A DNA stretch of 64,000 nt from Eledone cirrhosa (GCA_964016885.1 OZ024743.1:106640001-106704000), one strand, 5' to 3'; shown: positions 27,650-40,456, numbered from the stretch's first letter. Notes: generated by a model not told the origin, from the sequence alone. Numbers and translations: made by a program.

Positions 27650-30600
27650 CAATAATATAAATGGCTTAAATGGTCAAAGATGAACCCGGAACATGATACG
27701 ATTTTCCGGGACCTGGATGGTAAGTTGGTGGTACTAGACGTCAACAATAGCAAAGGTGTTGCCTTTAGAGTGGTGGCCGTCTACGCCCGTACCGGTGCCG
27801 GACGTCCAGCCATCTTTAGGCACCTGGAAACCTTTCTGGTTACGTCTCGCCCTTTATTGTTAGCGGAGGACTGTAACGACATCTTAGACACAGGCCGGGG
27901 TTATGTGGGAGCAGCTAAGAGGAGCGGAGCTGCATAAACCTCAAGTACTTGAGCAGCCAGTTCCAACTGTCTGACAGGTAACTAGAGCTCCCTAATGCCC
28001 CAATGTGGACCTGGACCAACAGCATAGTGTCATCTAGATCGCATATAGGGAAGATCTTCATGAGAAAAATAGATAGATATTGTGTAGGCTGTCCACGTTT
28101 TAAAAAGGTCACTGTTCAGATCACACGTTTGTAATCTGTATGGTCGACCAAGATAAGACTCGTGATTACTCGAAGCTGAACATACATTTCTGGCACGTAA
28201 GGCTTAGAGGGACGACGTCAACAATTTAGTTAAGCAAAGGTTGACAGGAGGGGCCGTCAACCACAGGTGGTGGGGACTCTCAAAAGAAAGAGAGTTTAGA
28301 AAAATTCCTATAAGGTAGCAAAGAGGTAGAGTTAGAGAAACATAGAAACGAGATTGGGTGCTGGTAGCTAGATTAGACGAGGTTATTTGTAGTGGCATTG
28401 CAACTGGCGTGCTAGCGACGAGAATGGCATTAGATCATTTTATCAATTCGAAATACGAAGGTTGCATTGTCAGAGCTAAGGCTTGTGTTCTAAGATACAA
28501 GGGAACCAAAGCTGTTCGATGGGTTCGCGTGGCAGAGGCTCAGCGTGGTAATAAAACCACAATTTGCTCTTTGACGGACGGACATGTACAAGAGCTGACG
28601 GATTCCAGTCGGATGTGTGAGGCCTTTCAGCAGCACTTTACTCGGTTGTTCGTGGGAGTGGTGGGCGCCGACGCTGAGCGCTGCGAAAGGCCAATAACTT
28701 CAGCCGAAAATCAGGATGCACTTGTTGGCTGCACGAAGTGCAAGTCATCCGCTTTGGATGGCCTGCCCTACGAGCTTTACATTAATATACCAGACTTTTT
28801 CTCCTATCTCCCCGAAGCGCTCAACTGCAACTGGCAACAAAACGGGAGTATTCCCAGATCTGTGAGCCGGGCATAGTGACTCTGCTGTGAAAGACGAGAA
28901 CAAGAGGGACACATTAAATAACTTCAGTACTACAACTCAACACAAAGGTTAACATTTTGGCCAAGGTGTTAGGGAAGAGGTTGGCACTTGTCGTCGAGGA
29001 AATGGATGGGGAGACGCAAATTTGCAATGCCAACCAGGTGCATACACGATCATTTCCACCTCATGAGATACATCTGCTCGGTGTCAAAGTTATTGGCCAC
29101 CTCTCGGAACCGTTTCAGATCGTCAAAGGTGCCCTCCCTCCTCCCTTCTGTACGTATTGAAACTCGTGCCTTTACTGCAGAAGCTAGAGCAGTTTCAAGG
29201 CATCCCGCTCGAATCGGACGCAGAAAGGTTGTGTCGGCTTATGTGGACGACATCATCGTGATGGTGTCGGACACCACGGAAATCGAATTGTTTGGCACCT
29301 TATTAGAGGAATATGAAAGGTTGACGGGCTTGCACTCGGCACCTCGAGAGTCTAATCCCTGCAATCCAACAGCTTCGGACGGACCGGTAAAGTTTCTCGG
29401 GGTTTGTCTCAGACCAGACCTCCAGGTGGATAAGGATTGGGACGAGGTGACGATTAAGATAGCCAGTCTCATCCAGTCTCATCCAGAAATATGCTGCATG
29501 GAAGCTGTGGCTAAATGATAGGGCGGAGGTGGTGAATGTGTACATCGCGTCCGTCATCTACTGTCGCCTCACCTTCGCGGCTCGCCCCTATCTACGCCTC
29601 GCCAATGGATGGCTCCTCTTCAACTTCTTGTGGAGAGGACAGGTTCTCTTGGTGAGGCAGTCCAGCTGCTGCCAGCACCCTCTACGTGGTTAATGACTCG
29701 CATAAATGAGCTGAGGCTTCGGCATCTCCAGATATTCTGCCTAAACAGTGGACAGGTGTGGTGGCCGATTTTCAAACGGGCCTGTCAGCAGCTCGTCTCT
29801 AAGAATGAACTGCAGTCCTGGATCAAGAAGAGGCCGGAACTGGTTGACTGGCCTATGGATTGTTGCCAGGCACTCACTACGCTCTACCAGGTTGGCAATG
29901 CGGTCAGTCGAAATTCTACTCCCGTTTTCTATAGAGGATTAGTGGTGGGCAAGTGCGACGACGGATTCGAAGAGGCCAAGGCGTCGACGAAGTCGAACTG
30001 ACCAGTGCTGTGCAGGAGAACTTTCGAGCAGGGGACGCTGGATAACTTCCAGAAATCCCTCGCTTAGCAGTGGTACCGAGGGGCACTGCCGGTTCGAGCT
30101 AAACTCTACAGGAACGGAAGAGCTGTCCGGCGGACCTGCTCGTGAGGCGCGCAGAATGACGAAACCGTTCTGCATACAGTCGTCCAGTGTCCGTGCATTA
30201 CTGACTTGTGGAGATATGTCGAACAGCTGTTGTCGCGTGTAGAACGGATCTGCCTATCGGCTCAATCCATGGTAATGATCGACTCGCCGCCTTCTTTTTG
30301 CCAGGAAGAGCAGGCAATTTTACTCTGTCTGGAGGCAGTAGTGAAAGAGGTTGTATGGTGGACTTGGTTGAAAAGACTGAAGACAGACACTTTTCTCTTC
30401 GGCCAAACGCTCATCAACCTTTTCAAGTTTCAGTTGGAAAGGAAGATGAAGGTGAAGAGATAAGTACTGAAGTACATTTGCTAAAAGGTGTGTGATTGTG
30501 GCGAGAATAACCCGTGCGAGTGGGCTTACTCTGATATACGCCTTCCGGCTGGTAAATTTGAGCAGGAGAGTGTTTTCCTTCCCGGGTGCCATCGAATCGT

Positions 30601-30790
30601 TGGTTGGTTCAGTATAGGTGGGGTACCTTAGTAATCTGGGTGGTTATCCCCTCCCACTATTGGGGATCTTCTGTTGTTTGTAATTTTCTTGTTTATTGTT
30701 ATTGTTTTCATATTTACAAACACGTTTCTTTGTGCCCGTCTATTGTATTGTCCCTATATGTCGGCCCTTGTGGCCAATACATGAAACTAT
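27650..30790 (+). mobile_element. Decayed Tx1/L1-clade LINE ORF2 (APE endonuclease, RT, C-terminal Zn knuckle) and 3' UTR
   Basis: DGKLVVLD, RVVAVYA, LLAEDCN, WTW (APE); KSSALDGLPYELY, AYVDDI, VKFLGV (RT); ETVLH....CP, W.YV (C-terminal); many stops and frameshifts. Confidence 0.85.
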
Positions 30791-32116
30791 TATGATTATT
30801 GTTATTATTGTTATCATCATTAATACTCGATAATACCACTAATGATAATAATGATAATAATGATAACAATAATGATAACAATAATGAATAAAGAAAGCAT
30901 TATTGTTATCAGTAGTATTAGTATTAGTATTACCACTTGTGTCTAGGTGGTGGAGTAGTAGTAATATTAGAGCGCATGAACTAAATACTTAACGATATTG
31001 GGTTTATTCGACTACGCTATCTGTCAAAATGGTTACGTTGTCTACTTTCAACTTTAATCCTGCTAAGTGCAACCAACTAACTATTAGTACGACTTCTAAA
31101 AGCAAAAGCAACAACAGTAATCATGATAATTATATTTCTAATATTATTAATGATGATGATAATTTCATATTACAAATATATTTATTTTATATTTTTAATT
31201 CTGCATTTTAATAACAGAATTGCTGATGATAATGCTGAAGTTGATGTTGTTGATGATAATGGTGGTAGAGGTGATTTTAGTATTGTTATTGGCGGTAGCA
31301 ATGGGAGGATGTAGGAGCTGCTGTTTCTGCGACTGCTGCTGATAGTTGATGGTGCAGTTGTGTTATTCGTGGTGATGGTTGTGGGGAGATGCTGCAGCTG
31401 ATAATCATAAATGCTAATGATAATTACGATTATAACAATAATGCTGATGCTTCTTATAAATACTGCCATGTTAACTGTAACAAACGTAACAATTTCCTCA
31501 AGATTTATACCTGTACGCATACACAAGAATATATGTAAACGCATGCACACACACACACATACTTAGATATACACATAAACATCCTCACATATGTAGTCAC
31601 ACATGCATGCACACGCTAAACTCACAATTATAAATAAACACAATCCATACATATACAACCACAGACATATAATACACACACAGAATACATACTAACAGAA
31701 ACACACACACAAAAACACACATGCACAGAAATACATACACACATGTTGGATGGCATTCAGATTGTTTTTAAAGTTTAAAATATCCATTATGGTAAAATCA
31801 AGGCTGTTTAATGCAAACATATTGAACATTAATACAAAGAGAATTAATATTCTAGACATGTGACGTTCGTTAAAACTAAAACTTTCCTATGATTAGTAGC
31901 GTGTATAAACATGATTACAACTATACATACAGAGACAGTCATGCATATACAGTCAAAAGCAGAGATACAAGCACACATATGAACTTATATACATACATAA
32001 ATACATACATACACACTCACACATGCACAAGCACAGATAAAAGCACATATACAGACATATATAAATGTATACATATAAACATACATACATACACACACAT
32101 ACATACAAACTGACAT

Positions 32117-32263
<147 letters not shown>

Positions 32264-32956
32264 TTACAAATATATATGTGTGTGTTTGTTTGTGTATGTG
32301 TGTAAGTATTTTATGTATGTATGGTTGGATGTGTCTACACCATTGCACAGGTATTACTACAATCATACACACACACATATATAGAATTTAAAATATGTGT
32401 CTATTTGTTTGTGTGCATGACATGTGTGTGTGTGTGTGTTTGCGTGCCTATTTGCGTTTTGTGTGCGTATGTGTGTCTGCCATATATATTCCTAAATTCC
32501 GTAAATAGCATTCGAAAAAAAAAGGTGTAGAAATCAGATAATTCGAAGCCAACGACGAATAATATACGTTCAAGAGAGAACTATTTTGGAAACACGGAAT
32601 ACAAGCCTAGATTGTATCGAGCTTCTATGTTTGGTAAAAATTATAGATCTGAAAAGAATCTTACAATTTACAAGGTTTTGATTACATATTTTTTCTAAGA
32701 TGGAATTTCAAATATTTCAGGAAACCCTACCTAAATATAGGTGTGACGTCTTCATGCTTTCGACAAAATATGCACGTTTGAAGCTAAAGGTAATGTTGTA
32801 TTCTAAATTTAATTCTGGCATTTCATAGTTTTATGTATCTGAGAGATATAACTATGTATTCCAGGCAATATAATATTACGTTGTATAACCTATACTGATG
32901 TTACATGCCAAGCAAGAGCTAAGGCCTTTCAGAAAGATGGAAATAACATATCTGCT

Positions 32957-33023
<67 letters not shown>

Positions 33024-33025
33024 TA

Positions 33026-33320
33026 TATTATTAAAGCAGCGAATGTCTGTTTGTCTGTCTGTACAATCACTAAAACTCCAGAACCACCCAACCGATTGTT
33101 TTTAAACTTTACACATGTAGTACGTATGGTCCTTTGAGTGTTCTGAGCGAAAATAAAATTCAAATTTTCAATGCCCTAGGGACCGCATTAGGCGATTTAG
33201 CGATCTCTTTCTCTCTACCTTAGTCTTTCTGTGTTTAGATAGATACATATATATTACGTTGCGCCCTTATAATATCTGTCTGTATGCCTGGCTGACTGCA
33301 TTACGTCATTATGACGTGGT
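33026..33320 (+). mobile_element. Probable 5' part of a non-autonomous Helitron
   Basis: tattattaaagcagcgaatgtctgtttgtctgtctgt ... aaccgatt...aaacttt layout typical of small Helitron 5' ends; 5' TC not resolvable in the TA tract. Confidence 0.5.
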
Positions 33321-33345
33321 GTGTGTCTGTGTATGTATATATATA

Positions 33346-33411
<66 letters not shown>

Positions 33412-33520
33412 TGTAACGTTTTTCGAAATATTTACTTCTGCGTTCACAGATTTATTATTTTAGTTTCTGATCCTGTTAAGGGTGTAAGCAGCGATTATTT
33501 GCTTAAACTTTAATCTGTTG

Positions 33521-33595
<75 letters not shown>

Positions 33596-33600
<5 letters not shown>

Positions 33601-35121
33601 TATATTCGTGTACAGATACTTTTGCATACACATAAACAAAAGTATTTATTTCGCGATAAAGTATTCATTTTCTTCGAACGGAAAAATACCCTGGTAATTT
33701 ACGACGAACTTTTTTTTTAAGCACAAAATGTAGACACAAACCCGAGGTCGAGGTATTCCGTACTTCTCTGTACTATTATTTATATATTCGAGTACAGATA
33801 TGTTTGCATACACAATAACAAAATATAAAAAAACATATTTACTTCACGAGGCTCGAGAAGGATAAATATATATCAAATATATAAGAACCCTAGAGCAAAT
33901 CCCGAGCATCGCCGGGCCATTCTTATTCGTGTACAGATATGTTTGCATACACCATAACAAAATATAAACAAACGTATTTATTTCACAAGGATCGATGAAG
34001 GATAAGTATATATCATTTTTGCATACCCAATTAAAAATATGAACAAAAGTATTTATTTCGCGATAAAGTATTGATTTTCTTTGCACGGAAAAAAACCCTG
34101 GTAATCTACGACGAATTTCTTTTATAAGCACAATATGTAGACAACATCTGGAGGCCGAGGTATTCCGTACTTCACTGTCTTAGTCTTAGTTCCTCCAGTG
34201 CCTTGTGGAACATTGGGCGATGAGCTTCCTTCACTTGATCCTGTCACTGCCCTTCTAGCACCTCTCCAGGTAATTCCCATCTCCTGAATGTGCTCCGCCA
34301 TGTTTTTCGTGGCCTTCCCCCTTCTCTCCTGCCACCTTCTGGTACCCAATCCATGGCAATATGAGCAGGCCGATCTGCCGGCAAACGAAGGCTGTGGCCC
34401 GCGAACCGCCGTCTCCTTTTCCGAACAATGTCCCTTAACCTCTCCAATGCTGACCTCCTCATCACTTCCTCTTTGTTCACTTGGTCTCTCCATGAATATT
34501 TTCAATATGGTCCGAATGCAAAGACGGTGGCATACATTAAGCATGTTACATACACATTCCGTACTCTTCCATGTCTCACAGGCATATATCGCTGTTACTA
34601 CTACAATAGACATGTAAACAAGGAGTTTGACAGCGTTGCCGGTGGAACACCTGGACCATACCGGACGGAGTCACTGGAAGACAGCCGCTGCTTTTCCCAG
34701 CCTTGTGCGCACACCCACCTTAGCATCCCCATCGTCAGAGATGTTGCTGCCAAGGTATTGGAAGTGGTTTACACGTTCAATGTTACGCTGACCAACCATG
34801 ATGGGAGGATTTGGAGGCTCACCTGTCGACATGGTCTTGTTTTTTTCACAACTGATGCGCGGGCCAACTTTCTCTGCATTGTCATTTAGAACGTTTGTTA
34901 TCTCTTGCAGGTCTTCTGGGGAATGGCCTATCACTGCGATGTCACTGTACTGTTATATATATATATATATATAATCATATATTCGTGTACAGTTATTTTT
35001 GCATACACAATAACAAAATATAACAAACGTATTTACTTCACGAGGCTCGAGAAGGATAAATATATATCAAATATATAAGAATCCTAGAGCAAATCCCGAG
35101 CAACGCCGGACCATTCTGCAA

Positions 35122-35123
<2 letters not shown>
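33596..35123 (+). mobile_element. Helitron-like 3' region with internal tandem duplication, interrupted by an RTE
   Basis: Subterminal hairpin cccgagcaacgccgg (35095-35109) then CAAG-T (degenerate CTAG); earlier hairpin copy at 33901-33916; repeated attcgtgtacag units. Confidence 0.6.
34179..34941 (-). mobile_element. 5'-truncated RTE-clade LINE with (ACTAAG)n tail and 7-bp target-site duplication
   Basis: DIAVIGHSPEDLQ, FQYLGS, RLGKAAAVF, YACETW, GRPRKTW; TSD tcactgt at 34172-34178 and 34942-34948; empty-site paralog near 33760. Confidence 0.9.
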
Positions 35124-35199
<76 letters not shown>

Positions 35200-35207
<8 letters not shown>

Positions 35208-35292
35208 ATACTTTGGGAGGGTCCCAAAGTATAACAATATCGGTTTCAACACACGATTTCAGATAAAGAATCTTGCTAACCAAATTCAGAAA

Positions 35293-35295
<3 letters not shown>
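35200..35295. mobile_element. Collapsed family H fold-back element in (TA)n
   Basis: Hairpin atattgttatactttggga-ggg-tcccaaagtataacaatat plus tail matching the reverse complement of 16907-16963. Confidence 0.75.
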
Positions 35296-35341
<46 letters not shown>

Positions 35342-35459
35342 TAAACGGAATAGAAAATGCTGACAAATTGTTCTCAGTTGAAAAATGGTTTAATTAGGAA
35401 TAAAAGAGTATTATTGATTGTATGGGATAGTATTCAGTTGTGGTTTTAAGTTTTAAAGT

Positions 35460-35496
35460 TTTTACCGGTTGCGCATTTCTAAATGCTTTTCAAAAA
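35460..35496 (-). ncRNA. Degenerate hammerhead motif with U3-A8 core
   Basis: uuu-UUGAAAA-gcauuu-ag-aaaugc-GCAAC-cg-GUA-aaa; A13 appears mutated to C. Confidence 0.45.
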
Positions 35497-35537
35497 TAAT
35501 TTTGAGATAGAGTGTCCGTGCTGTTTGCTCTGATCTG

Positions 35538-35617
<80 letters not shown>

Positions 35618-35621
<4 letters not shown>

Positions 35622-36390
35622 ACAGGGAGAAAGGGACGATTATGAGGAAGAAAAATATTTTTCTTTCAATTTTGTTTCTCTCTCTCTTTTTTCTGGGTTA
35701 GAAAATGATTAAAACGAAATGTTTTACTGTGTGTGAAGTGTTAAGTTATTAGTTGATTTAGTTATTATTTAACAATGGCATTTATTTATCTATTTATATA
35801 TTTAATTATTGTCTATTACCGGTTTCAGCATTTATATGCATTATCAAATGATAGTGAAATGTATTAGTGTGGTGTCGCACATGTTAAACAGAAGGTGCAG
35901 AAAGAATAATGTTATTTACAAACAAGGTTTAAGAAGTGAAAAGAAAAAAACAAAAAGGAAAAAAAAACGTGCATAATGTGGAACGTAAAAAGTCAATGTG
36001 GAAGAGAAAATAATGTTATTTACAAGCACAGTCATTGAAGTTAAGCAGGTCAAAATGTGTTAATATGGCAAGAGTGCTTAGTTGAACCATGGTTCCGTGA
36101 AGGAGGCAAATGGTGGACTGTTGTTTGATATGATTTCCCTTTTTAGAGAGTTAATATGCAGGGGGAAGCAATTCTTGCTGGGTAATATTTAATTTATTTT
36201 AAAAAAAGGATTAGGTAGTGTGTAAGGGAGGTAACTCTTGTAAATATTTGATGGTTTGTTGCAGTTTTAGATTGGTCCGATTTTTAGAGCATTGAGTAGT
36301 GGTTAAAATTTATTAATGAAATGTTTCCTTACTGGTACTTTGGATGAAAGTAGCGTTGTCTATGCATTTTTAAATGGGGAAAATTTAAAT
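35618..36390 (-). mobile_element. 5'-truncated PLE 3' end with GIY-YIG tail remnant and HHR
   Basis: Minus strand RKHFINKF*PLLN near 36290-36330 (E..FI....P.LN-like); HHR downstream; TA tracts on both sides. Confidence 0.55.
35813..35854 (-). ncRNA. Hammerhead ribozyme, U3-A8 core variant
   Basis: cuaucau-UUGAUAA-u-gcau-auaa-augc-u-GAAAC-cg-GUA-auag; stem III palindrome accggu; stem I imperfect. Confidence 0.6.
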
Positions 36391-36402
36391 ATATATATAT
36401 AT

Positions 36403-36611
36403 AGGAATAAGTATGACCCCGACGGCAGAGCTCAAGCTGTTTCAACGGCTATTTCTAGACGGCTATTTCTTGTCCAGAAATAGCCGTCGAAACGGCTTGA
36501 GCTCTGCCGTTGGGGTCATACTTTTTTCCCTATTACCCACTCTACTACCCTAAGTATTGAGTAAACTAGTGCGTTATGGTCCATCTGGTTCCTTACCAGA
36601 ATTCCCTCGTT

Positions 36612-36612
<1 letters not shown>
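36403..36612. mobile_element. Family A fold-back (half-hammerhead) element
   Basis: Imperfect palindrome with a short duplication (gacggctatttct) at the axis, plus an 80-bp tail; in (TA)n. Confidence 0.8.
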
Positions 36613-36679
<67 letters not shown>

Positions 36680-36873
36680 ACTAGGATTAATTTTATATGT
36701 ATATATAGAGAGAAAAGAGAGGTAAAGAGATACATATATCATATATGTGTTGTTTTGTGCGTGTGTATATAAGGAGAGAGAGGTATATATAAGGGTAGAT
36801 AGGTACATAACTTCGATAACTTTGATAGGTTTCGGCCAGTATTGGCCCAGGCCGTGTCTCAAGTAATAGCACC

Positions 36874-36920
<47 letters not shown>

Positions 36921-36947
36921 GAGAGAGAGAGAGAGGTGGGAAGAGAA

Positions 36948-37119
36948 ATGGCTTCTACAGAAGTAGAACTGTTTCATCTGGAGGAAATCATCAGTGAAGC
37001 CCGCCGAATTAAACAGTTCTTGTCCTGTAGAAGCCATGTCTATATTAAATATTTATACTCTGCCATGTATTGAGTACTTTACTTACTGTGGTTACCCCCG
37101 ATTGAACCCGGGATAAACA
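36948..37119. mobile_element. Family B fold-back element
   Basis: Homologous to 40605-40800; inverted arm carries a full HHR, direct arm starts in stem II. Confidence 0.75.
36950..37001 (-). ncRNA. Type I hammerhead ribozyme (family B)
   Basis: ggcuuc-a-CUGAUGA-uuuccuccagau-GAAACag-uucuacuu-cuGUA-gaagcc; stem II weak. Confidence 0.65.
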
Positions 37120-37227
37120 TATATATATATATGTGTATGTATGTATTTTGAGCGTGGTGTGCTCCAAATGAATTGGTTGCGCAGATTGTAAACAACGAGT
37201 TTGAAACCCATATTATATATATGTATG

Positions 37228-37286
<59 letters not shown>

Positions 37287-37293
<7 letters not shown>

Positions 37294-37427
37294 TAAAATT
37301 AGTCCTTCATTTGTGATCTTCCAACCTTTAGCGAAGAAATATCAATGAAGTTTGGAAGATCACTGATGAAGGACTAATTTTATTCATATGTAACCTATGT
37401 GCAACCACGCAGCGCGCTATCTTTCAC
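37287..37427. repeat. Short hairpin element (about 38 bp arms plus tail) in (TA)n
   Basis: atgaataaaattagtccttcat..gtgatcttccaa vs ttggaagatcac..atgaaggactaattttattcat. Confidence 0.7.
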
Positions 37428-37520
<93 letters not shown>

Positions 37521-37521
37521 T

Positions 37522-38180
37522 ATAATAAAAGTATGTGTTCCTACATGTCAAAAATTACATATAGGGAAACAAGTTTTATCCAAATGTATGCCCATGTGGT
37601 TCTATGGCAGGTTAATAAATTAGAAAGCCAGAACATATAAAATCAAGGTTTAGCAAATAGAGAAAAAGTTTTAAAATAAGTTTCAAAAAGTTTACTGTAC
37701 TTACTATATGCGCCTTTACCGCGGTTTCGGATCCCAAACTAAACAGATAATCCAAGCGGATTTTCATTGAGAAAGCGATCTCCGTCAGAGGGCTTTTCTC
37801 ACTCGGAGAATATAAAATTCTCAAGTTCAAATCACAAACTAGTGCCATACCAAACTGTTCCAAATGAGAGTGTGAATGAGAGAAGAAACAATCTTGTCTA
37901 GTGCCGTGTGCAAAGACAGAGAGCAAGGCGGACAGGTCAATGTCCTGCTACTAAAAATAGCAGCAGTTCAAACGACCAAAGGTCTTCTCAACCTTCGGGT
38001 AGAATAATAATAAAAAGGTATGGGTTCCTACATGTAAAAAATACATATAGAGATACAAGTATTGTCCAACTGTATGCCAGTGTGGTTCTATGGCAGGTTA
38101 ATAAATTAACAAGCCAGAATATATAAAATGAAGGTTTAGCAAATAGAGAAAAAGTTTTAAAATAAATTTTAAAAAGTTTA
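37522..38180 (-). mobile_element. Family E HHR element, about 1.35 tandem units of about 486 bp
   Basis: 37522-37692 repeated at 38008-38180; homologous to 54360-54695 in reverse orientation. Confidence 0.75.
37712..37793 (-). ncRNA. Type I hammerhead ribozyme (family E), core slightly mutated
   Basis: gcccu-CUGACGG-agauc...gaucc-GAAAC-cgcg-GUA-aaggc. Confidence 0.6.
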
Positions 38181-38375
38181 ATATATATATGTATTATTGA
38201 TTTAGGTGTCATAGAAACCCTGCATTTGGATTTGACTATCAATTATATTTGGGTCCAGGTCTCTTTTCATCATTTATTTTGTTTGACCTATTTAGCTTGA
38301 TTTGTTTTTTGGCTTAGGTGGTTAATGCCTTCTTGGCCACTTTTCCCGTTTGTATGGCGTTTTAACATATTGTTT

Positions 38376-38494
38376 AGCTCTAGTTTTCTTAACTATTGGA
38401 GCGCTTGCCAGCATTTCTACGATTTAGCGTTTCGTTTCGCTTTTTCTACCAGCCGAAATACGATTCTCGCTGAATTTATAATTGTATATATATA

Positions 38495-38533
<39 letters not shown>

Positions 38534-38820
38534 TAAAAAAACGAAAAATCAGTGATGCATCTGGACTCAGTTTATTGCGTATTACAATTGTTTCGCCGGC
38601 GAAACAATTGTAACGCGCATTAAACTGAGTCCAGATGCATCACTGATTTTTCGTTTTTTTATACTATCCACAGTCTGCTCTGTATGAATATTGAGTGCTA
38701 AATTTAGCATACCGCCTATGGAAGCTCTAGTTTTCTTAACTTTTGGAGCGCTTGCCAGCATTTCTACGATTTTGCGTTTCGTTTTGCTTTTTCTACCAGC
38801 CGAAATACGATTCTCGCTGA

Positions 38821-38826
<6 letters not shown>
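38376..38826 (+). repeat. Family F terminal segment duplicated (38376-38480 and 38723-38826)
   Basis: agctctagttttcttaact...gattctcgctgaatttata occurs twice; its end also appears reversed at about 3932-3955. Confidence 0.75.
38528..38724. mobile_element. Family G fold-back element (140-bp palindrome plus tail)
   Basis: Axis tttcgcc|ggcgaaa at 38597/38598; GAAAC-aatt-GTA half-HHR on both arms. Confidence 0.85.
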
Positions 38827-38866
<40 letters not shown>

Positions 38867-38868
<2 letters not shown>

Positions 38869-39084
38869 TATAAAAAAACGAAAATTCAGTGATGCATCTG
38901 GACTCAGTTTATTGCGTGTTACAATTGTTTCGCCGGCGAAACAATTGTAACACGCACTAAACTGAGTCCAGATGCATCACTGATTCTTGTTTTTTTATAC
39001 TATCCACACTCTGCTCTGTATGAATATTGAGTGTTAATTTTGTCATACCGCCTATGGAAGCATCATAGCTACCATTATACACAC

Positions 39085-39085
<1 letters not shown>
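38867..39085. mobile_element. Family G fold-back element, second copy
   Basis: Palindrome 38867-39001 with the identical axis at 38934/38935. Confidence 0.85.
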
Positions 39086-39148
<63 letters not shown>

Positions 39149-39188
39149 TTCAAAATATTAACAAAATAGATATTCTTGTGATCAAGTA

Positions 39189-39255
39189 TATTTTATTATA
39201 CATATTTCAGAGGTACTGAGTTAAGTTCAACAGTACGTCCTCATCAGATAAAATA
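39189..39255 (-). ncRNA. Type I hammerhead ribozyme
   Basis: uauuuuau-CUGAUGA-ggac-guacug...caguac-cucu-GAAA-uauguAUA-auaaaaua. Confidence 0.7.
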
Positions 39256-39659
39256 ACATGATGCATGACATACCCTGACATAGTAGACGGTTAAGATTCA
39301 GTCATGGTAGTGATTAATATATGACAAAACTCAATATTTATTCCCAAATATTGAGAACATTAGAAAAATATATAATACAAATATAGAGAGGGTGCGTGTA
39401 ATACAGCTTAACAAATACATGGCATCAATATAACAGTTAAAAAATTATTTTTAAAACTACTGAAGAAAGTGGAAAGAAAGGAAAGCATAGAGGAAGAAAC
39501 AGCTGATGGGATAATATATTTAATAGGTGCCTCGAAAAACAAATGAAAACTGATTAAAGACAGAGAGAGACAAAGGGGAGTAATGTATTACCATATATTA
39601 ATCACTACCATGACTGAATCTTAACCATCTACTATGTCAGGGTATGTCATGCATCATCT

Positions 39660-39726
39660 TATTTTATCTGATGAGGATGTACTGTTGAACTTAACTCAGT
39701 AGCTCTGAAATATGTATAATAAAATA
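39660..39726 (+). ncRNA. Type I hammerhead ribozyme
   Basis: uauuuuau-CUGAUGA-gg..uacug...cagua..cu-GAAA-uauguAUA-auaaaaua. Confidence 0.7.
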
Positions 39727-40456
39727 TATATGATCACAAGAATATCTATTTTGTTAATATTTTGAATTAATATTAATAACTCTGGAATACCTGCTACTGC
39801 TGAGTGCTTCCAATTTATTGTAAAACTCATTCTTTGATGTATTCATTGAACCTTGTTAAACTTTTAATATATATATATATATAAGTATTGAAGTTTCCGT
39901 TGAAAATTGAAAAAGTCATAGGAGTGAAGAGTGCTCTATGTAAGTACCAGAGCAAAATTTCTCTTTCATTTAAGAATGTTTTTCTTTCTCATATATTGTT
40001 TCATTTTTACACATATATCGAGAATGATACTTTCTTTTAACTATTACACTCCCTTCCCTCTTTATCTTCCGCATATAAGTGATCGCGCGTGTGTGTGTGT
40101 TTATACACGTGCTTTCATACTCATATGTGTATCTAATATCTGTTTATGGATACGTGTCAACTAGATTATCATTTTCTTTTTCAACTCATATTATATCCGT
40201 ATTTGTGGTTACATATACACTAATGTGCTTGCCCTCATATATGTACTTACGCACACATTTTCACCATACACACGCATTTGTACATACATACATATGTACA
40301 CTTGTGAGTGTATATACATACATATACACACAGCTAACTATATTTCCTTATATTTTTTTATATATTTTATATATCTCTTGCATTACTATTTATATATATA
40401 TATATTTTTTTTGCATTTCTTGATGAGACTTTCCAAATATTTCAGTATGTTTCATA

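Larger units (their letters stand above)
39141..39870. mobile_element. PLE-derived element with about 180-bp inverted pLTRs, each containing an HHR
   Basis: 39141-39323 is the reverse complement of about 39592-39774; tail to about 39870; in (TA)n. Confidence 0.8.

Noticed and set aside
38528-39001. MITE (DNA transposon) interpretation of the palindromes
   Set aside because: Inverted arms are not terminal (one-sided tail), axes map to HHR stems, and related arms attach to GIY-YIG remnants. Not fully excluded, because TA TSDs are invisible in TA tracts.
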